From contig OZ024741.1 in the NCBI GenBank assembly GCA_964016885.1, forward strand, positions 50,654,001 through 50,718,000: DNA of 64,000 nt, in the 5' to 3' direction. The stretch comes from Eledone cirrhosa (lineage: Eukaryota). The notes below the pieces were generated by a model. The model ran no database searches and was not told the origin of the DNA. It worked only from the letters and a program-made list of their open reading frames with translations. The position numbers were made by a program, and so were the translations under genes. Below are positions 1-10,110 of the stretch, in pieces. The first letter of the stretch is position 1, and the number at the start of each line of letters is the position of its first letter.

Positions 1-3000
1 AAACTCTACACATACATAAACAAAAACAATGAAAACCTAACTTTAAAAATAGAAACCAACCCTTCGATACAAACCGAAGGGCCGAATTTCGTAACGGCAA
101 TGGGGCTCCCTAACCTGAAAATGGTGAAAATCCCACTTGACATTTTCAAAACTTTAAAAGACATGTACCCTGAGGACGTGGGCCCACCCTGCACCAGGCC
201 ACTCAACCGCGTCCTCCTGAAAGGTTTTCCCCTCCCCTCCTCAAACACCCACACAACTCCAAAGATCCCAACCCCTCCACACACTAATACCCCCACACCA
301 CCACAAACCACCACCCCACCCATCAACCCCTCCACCAGCCCCATGGAAACTGATCGACCCGAACCCCGGGACGCAGAGAGGTAAGTGCCTCTTTCTTTGC
401 CACCAACATGGCTGTCTTAAGAGTGGGTTGTCTAAATGCGCGTGGCCTGGGCTCACCTTGGAAGCAAGCTAAACTTCTAAGTGACCTCAGGTCACAATGT
501 GTAAATGTGATGGTTATTTGCGAGGCCCGGATCAGCAGCATGCGACAGCTAACCCCCACCTTTGATGACTTTGAGATGCACGCATCTCTCTGTCAGCCTG
601 GAGGTGGGGGTGGGGTTGTCGTTCTGCTGCAAAAACATCTGGGTCTCGCTACACAGACGGTACACTTGGACCCGGAGGGTCGACTCGTGGTTCTGGACCT
701 TGGCAATGGCGAAGGCGAAGCTTTTAGGCTTGTCGCCGTATACGCCCCTTTTGGGACAATGCGGTCGGACTTCTTCCATCGTCTGGAGACTTTTCTAGGG
801 ACGTCCCGCTCCTTGCTTTTAGTGGGGGACTGGAATGGTATCCTAGATGCACGTTGGGACTATGTAGGGGCATGTCCCGATAGAGGGGGGTGTAACAGCC
901 TTAAGGGGTTAATCGGCCGATTCGACCTGGCCGATAGATACCGACTAGATTTTCCGACTGTACCAACCTGGACCTGGTCAAATAACAGTGGTCAATCTAG
1001 ATCGTACCTAGATAGGTTCTTAGTTAGAATTAAGGATAGGGACTTTTTAAGTTGTCCAGAAATGCTCATGGTGGGCTATTCAGACCACAAGTTAGTGACC
1101 TGCGTAGTCCACCTTGATAGAACGCATAGGCAGGGGCCCGGTTACTGGAAGCTCAACTTGTCCTTACCGGCAAGTAGAGCTTACAGGGACCGGATTAGAA
1201 CCTTAGTTAAGGTGCAGTTGACGGGCGCCATCGTCAACAACAGGTGGTGGGGCTCTCTAAAAAGAGAGATTAGAGTAGTTTCAATAGGAGTTAGTAAGGA
1301 GTTAGCCTCAGATAGAAATAGGAAGGAAAGGGAGTTGGTAGTTAATGTTGAAGAGGCAATGAGAAGCGGCAACGTGGCCAGAGTGCAAGCGTCGAGAACG
1401 GTCTTGAACCAGTTCTTCGACGCGAAACACGAAGGCTGCGTTGTCCGAAGCAAAATACGTGCTCTGGGAAACGAGGGGACCAAAGCTGTTAGCTGGGCCC
1501 GCGTGACAGAAGCGAAAAGTGGGATTAGATCCACTATCCGGTCTTTGCGAGACCAGGATGGACGGCTGATCCTTGAACCTAAGCAAATGTGCGAGGCCTT
1601 TCAAAGGCACTTTGCCCAATTGTTCGGGAGGGGCGGGGAGCCGGTTGGAGATGTGGATTTCGGTCCATACCTCGACGGCCTGCCGCGTCTTTCGGACAGG
1701 GAGGCGAGGTCCTGCGACGGGCCGATCTCAGCTGCTGAAATAGGGGACGTGCTGAGCCTATGCGGCAAACGCAAATCTCCAGGACTCGATGGTCTGCCCT
1801 ACGAACTATATATTAATATGCCGGACTTGTTCCCCGATCTCCTCGAGGCGGTCTACTGCAACTGGCAACAGAACGGGAGAATTCCCTGTTCTGTGACCAA
1901 GGGCGTAGTCTCGCTAGTGAGGAAGGACGAGAACAAGGGGGATGACATTAGTAATTTTAGGCCCATAACTCTGCTAAATGCAGAGTTAAAGATTTTGGCG
2001 AAGGTGTTAGCGAAGAGGTTGGCGCTTGTCGTGGGGGGCCTGATGGGAGATGCGCAGACATGCGCTTTCCCGTCCAGGTCCATCCACGACAACCTCCACC
2101 TCATGCGATACATCATAGAGAGGGTTGGGAACGAACCCGGCTTTGGTGGGGCCCTGATAAATTTAGATCAGTCAAAAGCGTTCGATAGGGTGGGCCATGG
2201 TTACCTGGATGCGGTGCTAGCGGCGGCTGGGTTCGGACCCGTTTTCAGGGGCTGGATCACTGCCATGCACAGCAGCCGCATCTGCTCTAGAGTCAAGGTG
2301 AACGGCTACCTTTCGGAGCCGTTCGAAATCACCCGCTCCATCCGACAGGGGTGCCCTCTCTCCTCCCTTCTGTATGTGTTGACTCTCGAGCCATTACTGC
2401 GGAAGTTGGAGTTGTTGCAGGGCATCCCTTTGGAACCGGGATTGCGCAAAGCGGTGTCGGCCTACGCCGATGACGTAGCAGTAATGGTGTCGACCGCCTC
2501 GGAAATCGAGGCGATCGGCACCTTACTAGAGGAGTACGAAAGGTTGACAGGGGCTAAGCTGAACCGGGACAAGTCAGTCGCTTTGCAACTCGGCGAGTGG
2601 AGGGGCAAAGCGATGTCGTGCGACGGTATCGTCGGACGGTGGACGGAGGGCCCGGTGAAGTTGCTTGGGGTCTGGTTCGGACCGGACCTCCAGGTGGAGA
2701 AAAACTGGGGTGAGGTGACGAATAGGGTGTTTGCACTGACCCAGAAGTGGGCCGAGTGCAAACTATCCCTAAAAGGTCGGGCGGAGGTGGCGAACGCTTA
2801 CATAGCGTCCGTCATCTATTACCGCTTGACTGTCGTGCCTTGCCCGGGTGAGATCCTCGCCAAAATGGAGCGCGCCCTCTTTTATTTCCTTTGGAAGAAG
2901 AGGTCTCCTCTAGTGAGGAGATCCATCTGCTGTCAACACCCTTTGAAAGGAGGGCTGGGGATGCCGTGGCTAAAAATGCGTAAACACGCATTGAGGCTAA

Positions 3001-4069
3001 GGCACCTCCACGTATTCCTCACCGGTCAACCGGTGTGGGCCCCGTTTGTGAGGCGAGCCTTCCCGAGGCTCGTCTCGCTCACCGAGCTGCAGTCCTGGGT
3101 GAAGCAAAGACCGAGAAAACTGGGCGACTGGCACACCGAGTGTGCCCAGGCGCTCACGGCTCTCTGGCAGGCGGACCCGGCTATCGACGGAGACTCCACC
3201 TCGTCATTCTATAGAGGGCTGGTGGTTAGCGGGTGCGACGACGCCCTCGGAGAAGCCCTAGGCATGGAGGAGGACGAACTGGCCAGTCTATTCGGTAGGA
3301 CTTTCGGCCCGGGACCTATGGACAACTTCCAGAAGTCCTTGGCCTGGCAGTGCTACCGAGGGGCTCTGCCCGTTCGGGATAAGCTCTACAGACACGGGCG
3401 CCCGGGTAGGGACCCCTCGAAAAAGATCTGTCCCAGATGCGTGCGCGACGAGGAAACCGTCGCGCACGCATTGGTGCACTGCCCGGGCGTTGCCGATCTG
3501 TGGGGCTATGTCGAACAACTGCTGTCACGGGTGGGACCAATTAGGTTGACCACCGAGTCCATTGTAACGATCAAGCCGCCTCCCCCCTTCAAAAATGAAG
3601 GAGAGGCGGTCTTCCTCTGTGTAATAGCCATGGTAAAAGAGGCTATATGGTGGACGCGTCTGAAAGGGCTGAGGTCGGACACCTTTCTCTCCGGCCAACA
3701 ACTGGTCCTTTTCTTCCGATACCATTTCGGAAGAAGGATCAGGATGGAGAGAGAGGTGCTCCACTCCAGCCAGTTTTATGAAAGCTGGGTGAAAGTTGCG
3801 AGAATGGCCCGTGTGAATGGGCCTTCTCTCTACCTCAGCCTGTAGGTGGAACAGAAAGAAGGGAGCACCCTCTCTTTGTGCTCCCGTGGAGAAGGGTCGC
3901 ACACTTTTTTTCGGGGGTGTGTGTGACCCCAAAACGATCCCTCCCTATTGAGGACCTTCTTGTTATTATTTTGTTTGTTATATTTTTCTTACTCGATTTT
4001 TATGTAAACTCCCCCCACCCATGTACATGTCCCTTTCTTTTGTGCCCTAGTGGCAAATAAACAGAAATT
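1..4069 (+). mobile_element. Tx1-group (L1 clade) non-LTR retrotransposon, copy 1 (5' part lies upstream of the window)
   Basis: ORF1 tail, full APE-RT-zinc-finger ORF2, 3' UTR ending GGCAAATAAACAGAAATT; near-identical to copies 2 and 3. Confidence 0.9.
408..3845 (+). CDS. LINE ORF2p: APE endonuclease + reverse transcriptase + C-terminal CCHC finger (1145 aa)
   Basis: APE motifs LNARGL, GDWN, LDRF, SDH; RT motifs PGLDG, LDQSKAFDRV, QGCPLS, YADD; CPRC..ETVAHALVHC. Confidence 0.95.
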   Translation: MAVLRVGCLNARGLGSPWKQAKLLSDLRSQCVNVMVICEARISSMRQLTPTFDDFEMHASLCQPGGGGGVVVLLQKHLGLATQTVHLDPEGRLVVLDLGNGEGEAFRLVAVYAPFGTMRSDFFHRLETFLGTSRSLLLVGDWNGILDARWDYVGACPDRGGCNSLKGLIGRFDLADRYRLDFPTVPTWTWSNNSGQSRSYLDRFLVRIKDRDFLSCPEMLMVGYSDHKLVTCVVHLDRTHRQGPGYWKLNLSLPASRAYRDRIRTLVKVQLTGAIVNNRWWGSLKREIRVVSIGVSKELASDRNRKERELVVNVEEAMRSGNVARVQASRTVLNQFFDAKHEGCVVRSKIRALGNEGTKAVSWARVTEAKSGIRSTIRSLRDQDGRLILEPKQMCEAFQRHFAQLFGRGGEPVGDVDFGPYLDGLPRLSDREARSCDGPISAAEIGDVLSLCGKRKSPGLDGLPYELYINMPDLFPDLLEAVYCNWQQNGRIPCSVTKGVVSLVRKDENKGDDISNFRPITLLNAELKILAKVLAKRLALVVGGLMGDAQTCAFPSRSIHDNLHLMRYIIERVGNEPGFGGALINLDQSKAFDRVGHGYLDAVLAAAGFGPVFRGWITAMHSSRICSRVKVNGYLSEPFEITRSIRQGCPLSSLLYVLTLEPLLRKLELLQGIPLEPGLRKAVSAYADDVAVMVSTASEIEAIGTLLEEYERLTGAKLNRDKSVALQLGEWRGKAMSCDGIVGRWTEGPVKLLGVWFGPDLQVEKNWGEVTNRVFALTQKWAECKLSLKGRAEVANAYIASVIYYRLTVVPCPGEILAKMERALFYFLWKKRSPLVRRSICCQHPLKGGLGMPWLKMRKHALRLRHLHVFLTGQPVWAPFVRRAFPRLVSLTELQSWVKQRPRKLGDWHTECAQALTALWQADPAIDGDSTSSFYRGLVVSGCDDALGEALGMEEDELASLFGRTFGPGPMDNFQKSLAWQCYRGALPVRDKLYRHGRPGRDPSKKICPRCVRDEETVAHALVHCPGVADLWGYVEQLLSRVGPIRLTTESIVTIKPPPPFKNEGEAVFLCVIAMVKEAIWWTRLKGLRSDTFLSGQQLVLFFRYHFGRRIRMEREVLHSSQFYESWVKVARMARVNGPSLYLSL

Positions 4070-4191
4070 TGTCTATCTATCTGTCAGTCTGTCTGTCTAT
4101 CTTTTTAGTCTGTCAGTCTGTCTGTCAGTCTATCTATCTGTCAATCTGTCTATTTGTCAGTTTGTCTGTCTATCTGTCAGTCTGTCTGTCT
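4070..4191. repeat. Degenerate (TCTG/TCTA/TCAG)n spacer between Tx1 copies 1 and 2
   Basis: Read directly; same variant pattern as 9814-9935. Confidence 0.9.
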
Positions 4192-4366
4192 GAGGATAGT
4201 AGACGTGTTTCGTATCGCTCCGTGATTTGGATTTTTACCTGCTAATTTTGTGAGTGGATTTTTTTGAATTCTTTTGTATAATTAACTGTAACCCCTAGTC
4301 TGGGACTCTAGACGTCGGGTAAATATATTTTCACCCCTTTTGGGGTGAAAAATAAATATTTCAGAA

Positions 4367-6128
4367 ATGTTTATCGATATCGTTGATAACGATATCGTCG
4401 AAAACGATATCGCCATATTGGAAGCGAACGCCACGCCGACCAAAAAAACAAGCGGGAAAGAGGGAACAACAGTTCAAACTGTTGAACAACCCCTCCTCTC
4501 CAATGAAAAAAAGAATTTCAATTCAAATGAAAAAATTAATTTTCAAGAAAAAAATAACACCACAAATAAGGAAACCAACAACATTACAACAACAAACAAA
4601 GACAAAATTTATTTTGCCCAAACACTCAGGAGAGCCACGGAATACAAAGCCATTGACATCACGAACGCCAAGGAAAATTTGCTAGAGGCTAGAAAATACG
4701 TATCTTTTGGGGAGGATGGTTCTTTTACGATCAACTCCCCAGAAGAAGTACGTCAACAGATTTACAAGAATACCGTAAGCTACAGAACCATAACCAACGA
4801 AACGAGAAAGCCAGCGCAATTGACCGAAAGTCAAATCGAGCTGGTTCTGAAAGAAATTAAAAATGACATACTCTTTATTCAAAGAGGAAAGCTGTATGCC
4901 AGCATTATGGTCCGAATGAAGGACGAAATGCTGGCTCAGAAATATTCGGTGGCACCTATAGTGTCACCACAATACACCTTCTTCCCCACATAAAAAGGAA
5001 GAAGAACACAAAGGATAAGAATGTGGAGCCCTACGCCAGAAATTAACATCTGGTCCGTCCTAACAGGATTTACCGACCTAGATAAGGACATACTAATTTC
5101 AGCAGGGGAGTCCACCAGTGGACTGTTCGGGGGGAAAAGTCTGGAGGTTCTCTTACAGATGACACCTGAGAGAATCTCCGGAATACCCGACCGAGTGCTA
5201 CTGGATGGGCGAACCTACATAAATATCACAGTGGAAGGCAGGAGACCCTCATGTTACCACTGCGCTGGCAGAGGTCACCTGAGGACGGCCTGCCCTCTAC
5301 TAACAACTAAAAAACCACTGCTACAAACACCACAACAACAACAAAAACAACCAGCACCACCATCACAAAAACAACAAAATACACTACCATCACCACCAGA
5401 ACAACAAAAACCAACACCACCACCACCACCACCACCACCACCACAACAACAACAACAACATCAACAACAGCTCAAGAAAACAACCCAAAACACGGTCCCA
5501 CCCAGCCCCACCCCACAGAACACAAATACAAAAACAGTTCATACACAACCCGGAGATATACCCCTCCAATACGGAAGAAGAGCTCATATCGTCGGAAGAC
5601 GAGGGGGCTCCCTTCCAAAAAGTGAAAAGAAAAAAACGTACACACACCACAACAACAAAAATAACCCCACCTGACAACACAACACAGACAATAAAACGCA
5701 AACTCACTCAACAACAACAAGCAAAAACAAACACAACAACACAAAAACTCTACACATACATAAACAAAAACAATGAAAACCTAACTTTAAAAATAGAAAC
5801 CAACCCTTCGATACAAACCGAAGGGCCGAATTTCGTAACGGCAATGGGGCTCCCTAACCTGAAAATGGTGAAAATCCCACTTGACATTTTCAAAACTTTA
5901 AAAGACATGTACCCTGAGGACGTGGGCCCACCCTGCACCAGGCCACTCAACCGCGTCCTCCTGAAAGGTTTTCCCCTCCCCTCCTCAAACACCCACACAA
6001 CTCCAAAGATCCCAACCCCTCCACACACTAATACCCCCACACCACCACAAACCACCACCCCACCCATCAACCCCTCCACCAGCCCCATGGAAACTGATCG
6101 ACCCGAACCCCGGGACGCAGAGAGGTAA
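4367..6128 (+). pseudogene. Disrupted Tx1 ORF1 (premature stop and frameshift)
   Basis: TAA at 4991-4993 where copy 3 has TAT; 5-bp CCCTC loss near 5565 shifts the frame relative to the 586-aa ORF1 of copy 3. Confidence 0.88.
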
Positions 6129-6151
6129 GTGCCTCTTTCTTTGCCACCAAC

Positions 6152-9100
6152 ATGGCTGTCTTAAGAGTGGGTTGTCTAAATGCGCGTGGCCTGGGCTCAC
6201 CTTGGAAGCAAGCTAAACTTCTAAGTGACCTCAGGTCACAATGTGTAAATGTGATGATTATTTGCGAGGCCCGGATCAGCAGCATGCGACAGCTAACCCC
6301 CACCTTTGATGACTTTGAGATGCACGCATCTCTCTGTCAGCCTGGAGGTGGGGGTGGGGTTGTCGTTCTGCTGCAAAAACATCTGGGTCTCGCTACACAG
6401 ACGGTACACTTGGACCCGGAGGGTCGACTCGTGGTTCTGGACCTTGGCAATGGCGAAGGCGAAGCTTTTAGGCTTGTCGCCGTATACGCCCCTTTTGGGA
6501 CAATGCGGTCGGACTTCTTCCATCGTCTGGAGACTTTTCTAGGGACGTCCCGCTCCTTGCTTTTAGTGGGGGACTGGAATGGTATCCTAGATGCACGTTG
6601 GGACTATGTAGGGGCATGTCCCGATAGAGGGGGGTGTAACAGCCTTAAGGGGTTAATCGGCCGATTCGACCTGGCCGATAGATACCGACTAGATTTTCCG
6701 ACTGTACCAACCTGGACCTGGTCAAATAACAGTGGTCAATCTAGATCGTACCTAGATAGGTTCTTAGTTAGAATTAAGGATAGGGACTTTTTAAGTTGTC
6801 CAGAAATGCTCATGGTGGGCTATTCAGACCACAAGTTAGTGACCTGCGTAGTCCACCTTGATAGAACGCATAGGCAGGGGCCCGGTTACTGGAAGCTCAA
6901 CTTGTCCTTACCGGCAAGTAGAGCTTACAGGGACCGGATTAGAACCTTAGTTAAGGTGCAGTTGACGGGCGCCATCGTCAACAACAGGTGGTGGGGCTCT
7001 CTAAAAAGAGAGATTAGAGTAGTTTCAATAGGAGTTAGTAAGGAGTTAGCCTCAGATAGAAATAGGAAGGAAAGGGAGTTGGTAGTTAATGTTGAAGAGG
7101 CAATGAGAAGCGGCAACGTGGCCAGAGTGCAAGCGTCGAGAACGGTCTTGAACCAGTTCTTCGACGCGAAACACGAAGGCTGCGTTGTCCGAAGCAAAAT
7201 ACGTGCTCTGGGAAACGAGGGGACCAAAGCTGTTAGCTGGGCCCGCGTGACAGAAGCGAAAAGTGGGATTAGATCCACTATCCGGTCTTTGCGAGACCAG
7301 GATGGACGGCTGATCCTTGAACCTAAGCAAATGTGCGAGGCCTTTCAAAGGCACTTTGCCCAATTGTTCGGGAGGGGCGGGGAGCCGGTTGGAGATGTGG
7401 ATTTCGGTCCATACCTCGACGGCCTGCCGCGTCTTTCGGACAGGGAGGCGAGGTCCTGCGACGGGCCGATCTCAGCTGCTGAAATAGGGGACGTGCTGAG
7501 CCTATGCGGCAAACGCAAATCTCCAGGACTCGATGGTCTGCCCTACGAACTATATATTAATATGCCGGACTTGTTCCCCGATCTCCTCGAGGCGGTCTAC
7601 TGCAACTGGCAACAGAACGGGAGAATTCCCTGTTCTGTGACCAAGGGCGTAGTCTCGCTAGTGAGGAAGGACGAGAACAAGGGGGATGACATTAGTAATT
7701 TTAGGCCCATAACTCTGCTAAATGCAGAGTTAAAGATTTTGGCGAAGGTGTTAGCGAAGAGGTTGGCGCTTGTCGTGGGGGGCCTGATGGGAGATGCGCA
7801 GACATGCGCTTTCCCGTCCAGGTCCATCCACGACAACCTCCACCTCATGCGATACATCATAGAGAGGGTTGGGAACGAACCCGGCTTTGGTGGGGCCCTG
7901 ATAAATTTAGATCAGTCAAAAGCGTTCGATAGGGTGGGCCATGGTTACCTGGATGCGGTGCTAGCGGCGGCTGGGTTCGGACCCGTTTTCAGGGGCTGGA
8001 TCACTGCCATGCACAGCAGCCGCATCTGCTCTAGAGTCAAGGTGAACGGCTACCTTTCGGAGCCGTTCGAAATCACCCGCTCCATCCGACAGGGGTGCCC
8101 TCTCTCCTCCCTTCTGTATGTGTTGACTCTCGAGCCATTACTGCGGAAGTTGGAGTTGTTGCAGGGCATCCCTTTGGAACCGGGATTGCGCAAAGCGGTG
8201 TCGGCCTACGCCGATGACGTAGCAGTAATGGTGTCGACCGCCTCGGAAATCGAGGCGATCGGCACCTTACTAGAGGAGTACGAAAGGTTGACAGGGGCTA
8301 AGCTGAACCGGGACAAGTCAGTCGCTTTGCAACTCGGCGAGTGGAGGGGCAAAGCGATGTCGTGCGACGGTATCGTCGGACGGTGGACGGAGGGCCCGGT
8401 GAAGTTGCTTGGGGTCTGGTTCGGACCGGACCTCCAGGTGGAGAAAAACTGGGGTGAGGTGACGAATAGGGTGTTTGCACTGACCCAGAAGTGGGCCGAG
8501 TGCAAACTATCCCTAAAAGGTCGGGCGGAGGTGGCGAACGCTTACATAGCGTCCGTCATCTATTACCGCTTGACTGTCGTGCCTTGCCCGGGTGAGATCC
8601 TCGCCAAAATGGAGCGCGCCCTCTTTTATTTCCTTTGGAAGAAGAGGTCTCCTCTAGTGAGGAGATCCATCTGCTGTCAACACCCTTTGAAAGGAGGGCT
8701 GGGGATGCCGTGGCTAAAAATGCGTAAACACGCATTGAGGCTAAGGCACCTCCACGTATTCCTCACCGGTCAACCGGTGTGGGCCCCGTTTGTGAGGCGA
8801 GCCTTCCCGAGGCTCGTCTCGCTCACCGAGCTGCAGTCCTGGGTGAAGCAAAGACCGAGAAAACTGGGCGACTGGCACACCGAGTGTGCCCAGGCGCTCA
8901 CGGCTCTCTGGCAGGCGGACCCGGCTATCGACGGAGACTCCACCTCGTCATTCTATAGAGGGCTGGTGGTTAGCGGGTGCGACGACGCCCTCGGAGAAGC
9001 CCTAGGCATGGAGGAGGACGAACTGGCCAGTCTATTCGGTAGGACTTTCGGCCCGGGACCTATGGACAACTTCCAGAAGTCCTTGGCCTGGCAGTGCTAC

Positions 9101-9589
9101 CGAGGGGCTCTGCCCGTTCGGGATAAGCTCTACAGACACGGGCGCCCGGGTAGGGACCCCTCGAAAAAGATCTGTCCCAGATGCGTGCGCGACGAGGAAA
9201 CCGTCGCGCACGCATTGGTGCACTGCCCGGGCGTTGCCGATCTGTGGGGCTATGTCGAACAACTGCTGTCACGGGTGGGACCAATTAGGTTGACCACCGA
9301 GTCCATTGTAACGATCAAGCCGCCTCCCCCCTTCAAAAATGAAGGAGAGGCGGTCTTCCTCTGTGTAATAGCCATGGTAAAAGAGGCTATATGGTGGACG
9401 CGTCTGAAAGGGCTGAGGTCGGACACCTTTCTCTCCGGCCAACAACTGGTCCTTTTCTTCCGATACCATTTCGGAAGAAGGATCAGGATGGAGAGAGAGG
9501 TGCTCCACTCCAGCCAGTTTTATGAAAGGTGGGTGAAAGTTGCGAGAATGGCCCGTGTGAATGGGCCTTCTCTCTACCTCAGCCTGTAG
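6152..9589 (+). CDS. LINE ORF2p (APE-RT-zinc finger), copy 2
   Basis: Same motifs as copy 1; two amino-acid differences seen. Confidence 0.95.
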   Translation: MAVLRVGCLNARGLGSPWKQAKLLSDLRSQCVNVMIICEARISSMRQLTPTFDDFEMHASLCQPGGGGGVVVLLQKHLGLATQTVHLDPEGRLVVLDLGNGEGEAFRLVAVYAPFGTMRSDFFHRLETFLGTSRSLLLVGDWNGILDARWDYVGACPDRGGCNSLKGLIGRFDLADRYRLDFPTVPTWTWSNNSGQSRSYLDRFLVRIKDRDFLSCPEMLMVGYSDHKLVTCVVHLDRTHRQGPGYWKLNLSLPASRAYRDRIRTLVKVQLTGAIVNNRWWGSLKREIRVVSIGVSKELASDRNRKERELVVNVEEAMRSGNVARVQASRTVLNQFFDAKHEGCVVRSKIRALGNEGTKAVSWARVTEAKSGIRSTIRSLRDQDGRLILEPKQMCEAFQRHFAQLFGRGGEPVGDVDFGPYLDGLPRLSDREARSCDGPISAAEIGDVLSLCGKRKSPGLDGLPYELYINMPDLFPDLLEAVYCNWQQNGRIPCSVTKGVVSLVRKDENKGDDISNFRPITLLNAELKILAKVLAKRLALVVGGLMGDAQTCAFPSRSIHDNLHLMRYIIERVGNEPGFGGALINLDQSKAFDRVGHGYLDAVLAAAGFGPVFRGWITAMHSSRICSRVKVNGYLSEPFEITRSIRQGCPLSSLLYVLTLEPLLRKLELLQGIPLEPGLRKAVSAYADDVAVMVSTASEIEAIGTLLEEYERLTGAKLNRDKSVALQLGEWRGKAMSCDGIVGRWTEGPVKLLGVWFGPDLQVEKNWGEVTNRVFALTQKWAECKLSLKGRAEVANAYIASVIYYRLTVVPCPGEILAKMERALFYFLWKKRSPLVRRSICCQHPLKGGLGMPWLKMRKHALRLRHLHVFLTGQPVWAPFVRRAFPRLVSLTELQSWVKQRPRKLGDWHTECAQALTALWQADPAIDGDSTSSFYRGLVVSGCDDALGEALGMEEDELASLFGRTFGPGPMDNFQKSLAWQCYRGALPVRDKLYRHGRPGRDPSKKICPRCVRDEETVAHALVHCPGVADLWGYVEQLLSRVGPIRLTTESIVTIKPPPPFKNEGEAVFLCVIAMVKEAIWWTRLKGLRSDTFLSGQQLVLFFRYHFGRRIRMEREVLHSSQFYERWVKVARMARVNGPSLYLSL

Positions 9590-9813
9590 GTGGAACAGAA
9601 AGAAGGGAGCACCCTCTCTTTGTGCTCCCGTGGAGAAGGGTCGCACACTTTTTTTCGGGGGTGTGTGTGACCCCAAAACGATCCCTCCCTATTGAGGACC
9701 TTCTTGTTATTATTTTGTTTGTTATATTTTTCTTACTCGATTTTTATGTAAACTCCCCCCACCCATGTACATGTCCCTTTCTTTTGTGCCCTAGTGGCAA
9801 ATAAACAGAAATT

Positions 9814-9935
9814 TGTCTATCTATCTGTCAGTCTGTCTGTCTATCTTTTTAGTCTGTCAGTCTGTCTGTCAGTCTATCTATCTGTCAATCTGTCTATTTG
9901 TCAGTTTGTCTGTCTATCTGTCAGTCTGTCTGTCT
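9814..9935. repeat. Degenerate (TCTG/TCTA)n spacer between Tx1 copies 2 and 3
   Basis: Appears identical to 4070-4191. Confidence 0.9.
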
Positions 9936-10110
9936 GAGGATAGTAGACGTGTTTCGTATCGCTCCGTGATTTGGATTTTTACCTGCTAATTTTGTGAGTG
10001 GATTTTTTTGAATTCTTTTGTATAATTAACTGTAACCCCTAGTCTGGGACTCTAGACGTCGGGTAAATATATTTTCACCCCTTTTGGGGTGAAAAATAAA
10101 TATTTCAGAA

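Larger units (their letters stand above)
4192..9813 (+). mobile_element. Tx1-group LINE, copy 2 (full length, ORF1 disrupted)
   Basis: Starts GAGGATAGTAGACGTGTTT; ORF1 split, ORF2 intact; 5744-bp offset from copy 1. Confidence 0.92.

Noticed and set aside
549-3932. Antisense and alternate-frame ORFs within Tx1 ORF2
   Set aside because: Shadow ORFs; they recur only because the element is repeated
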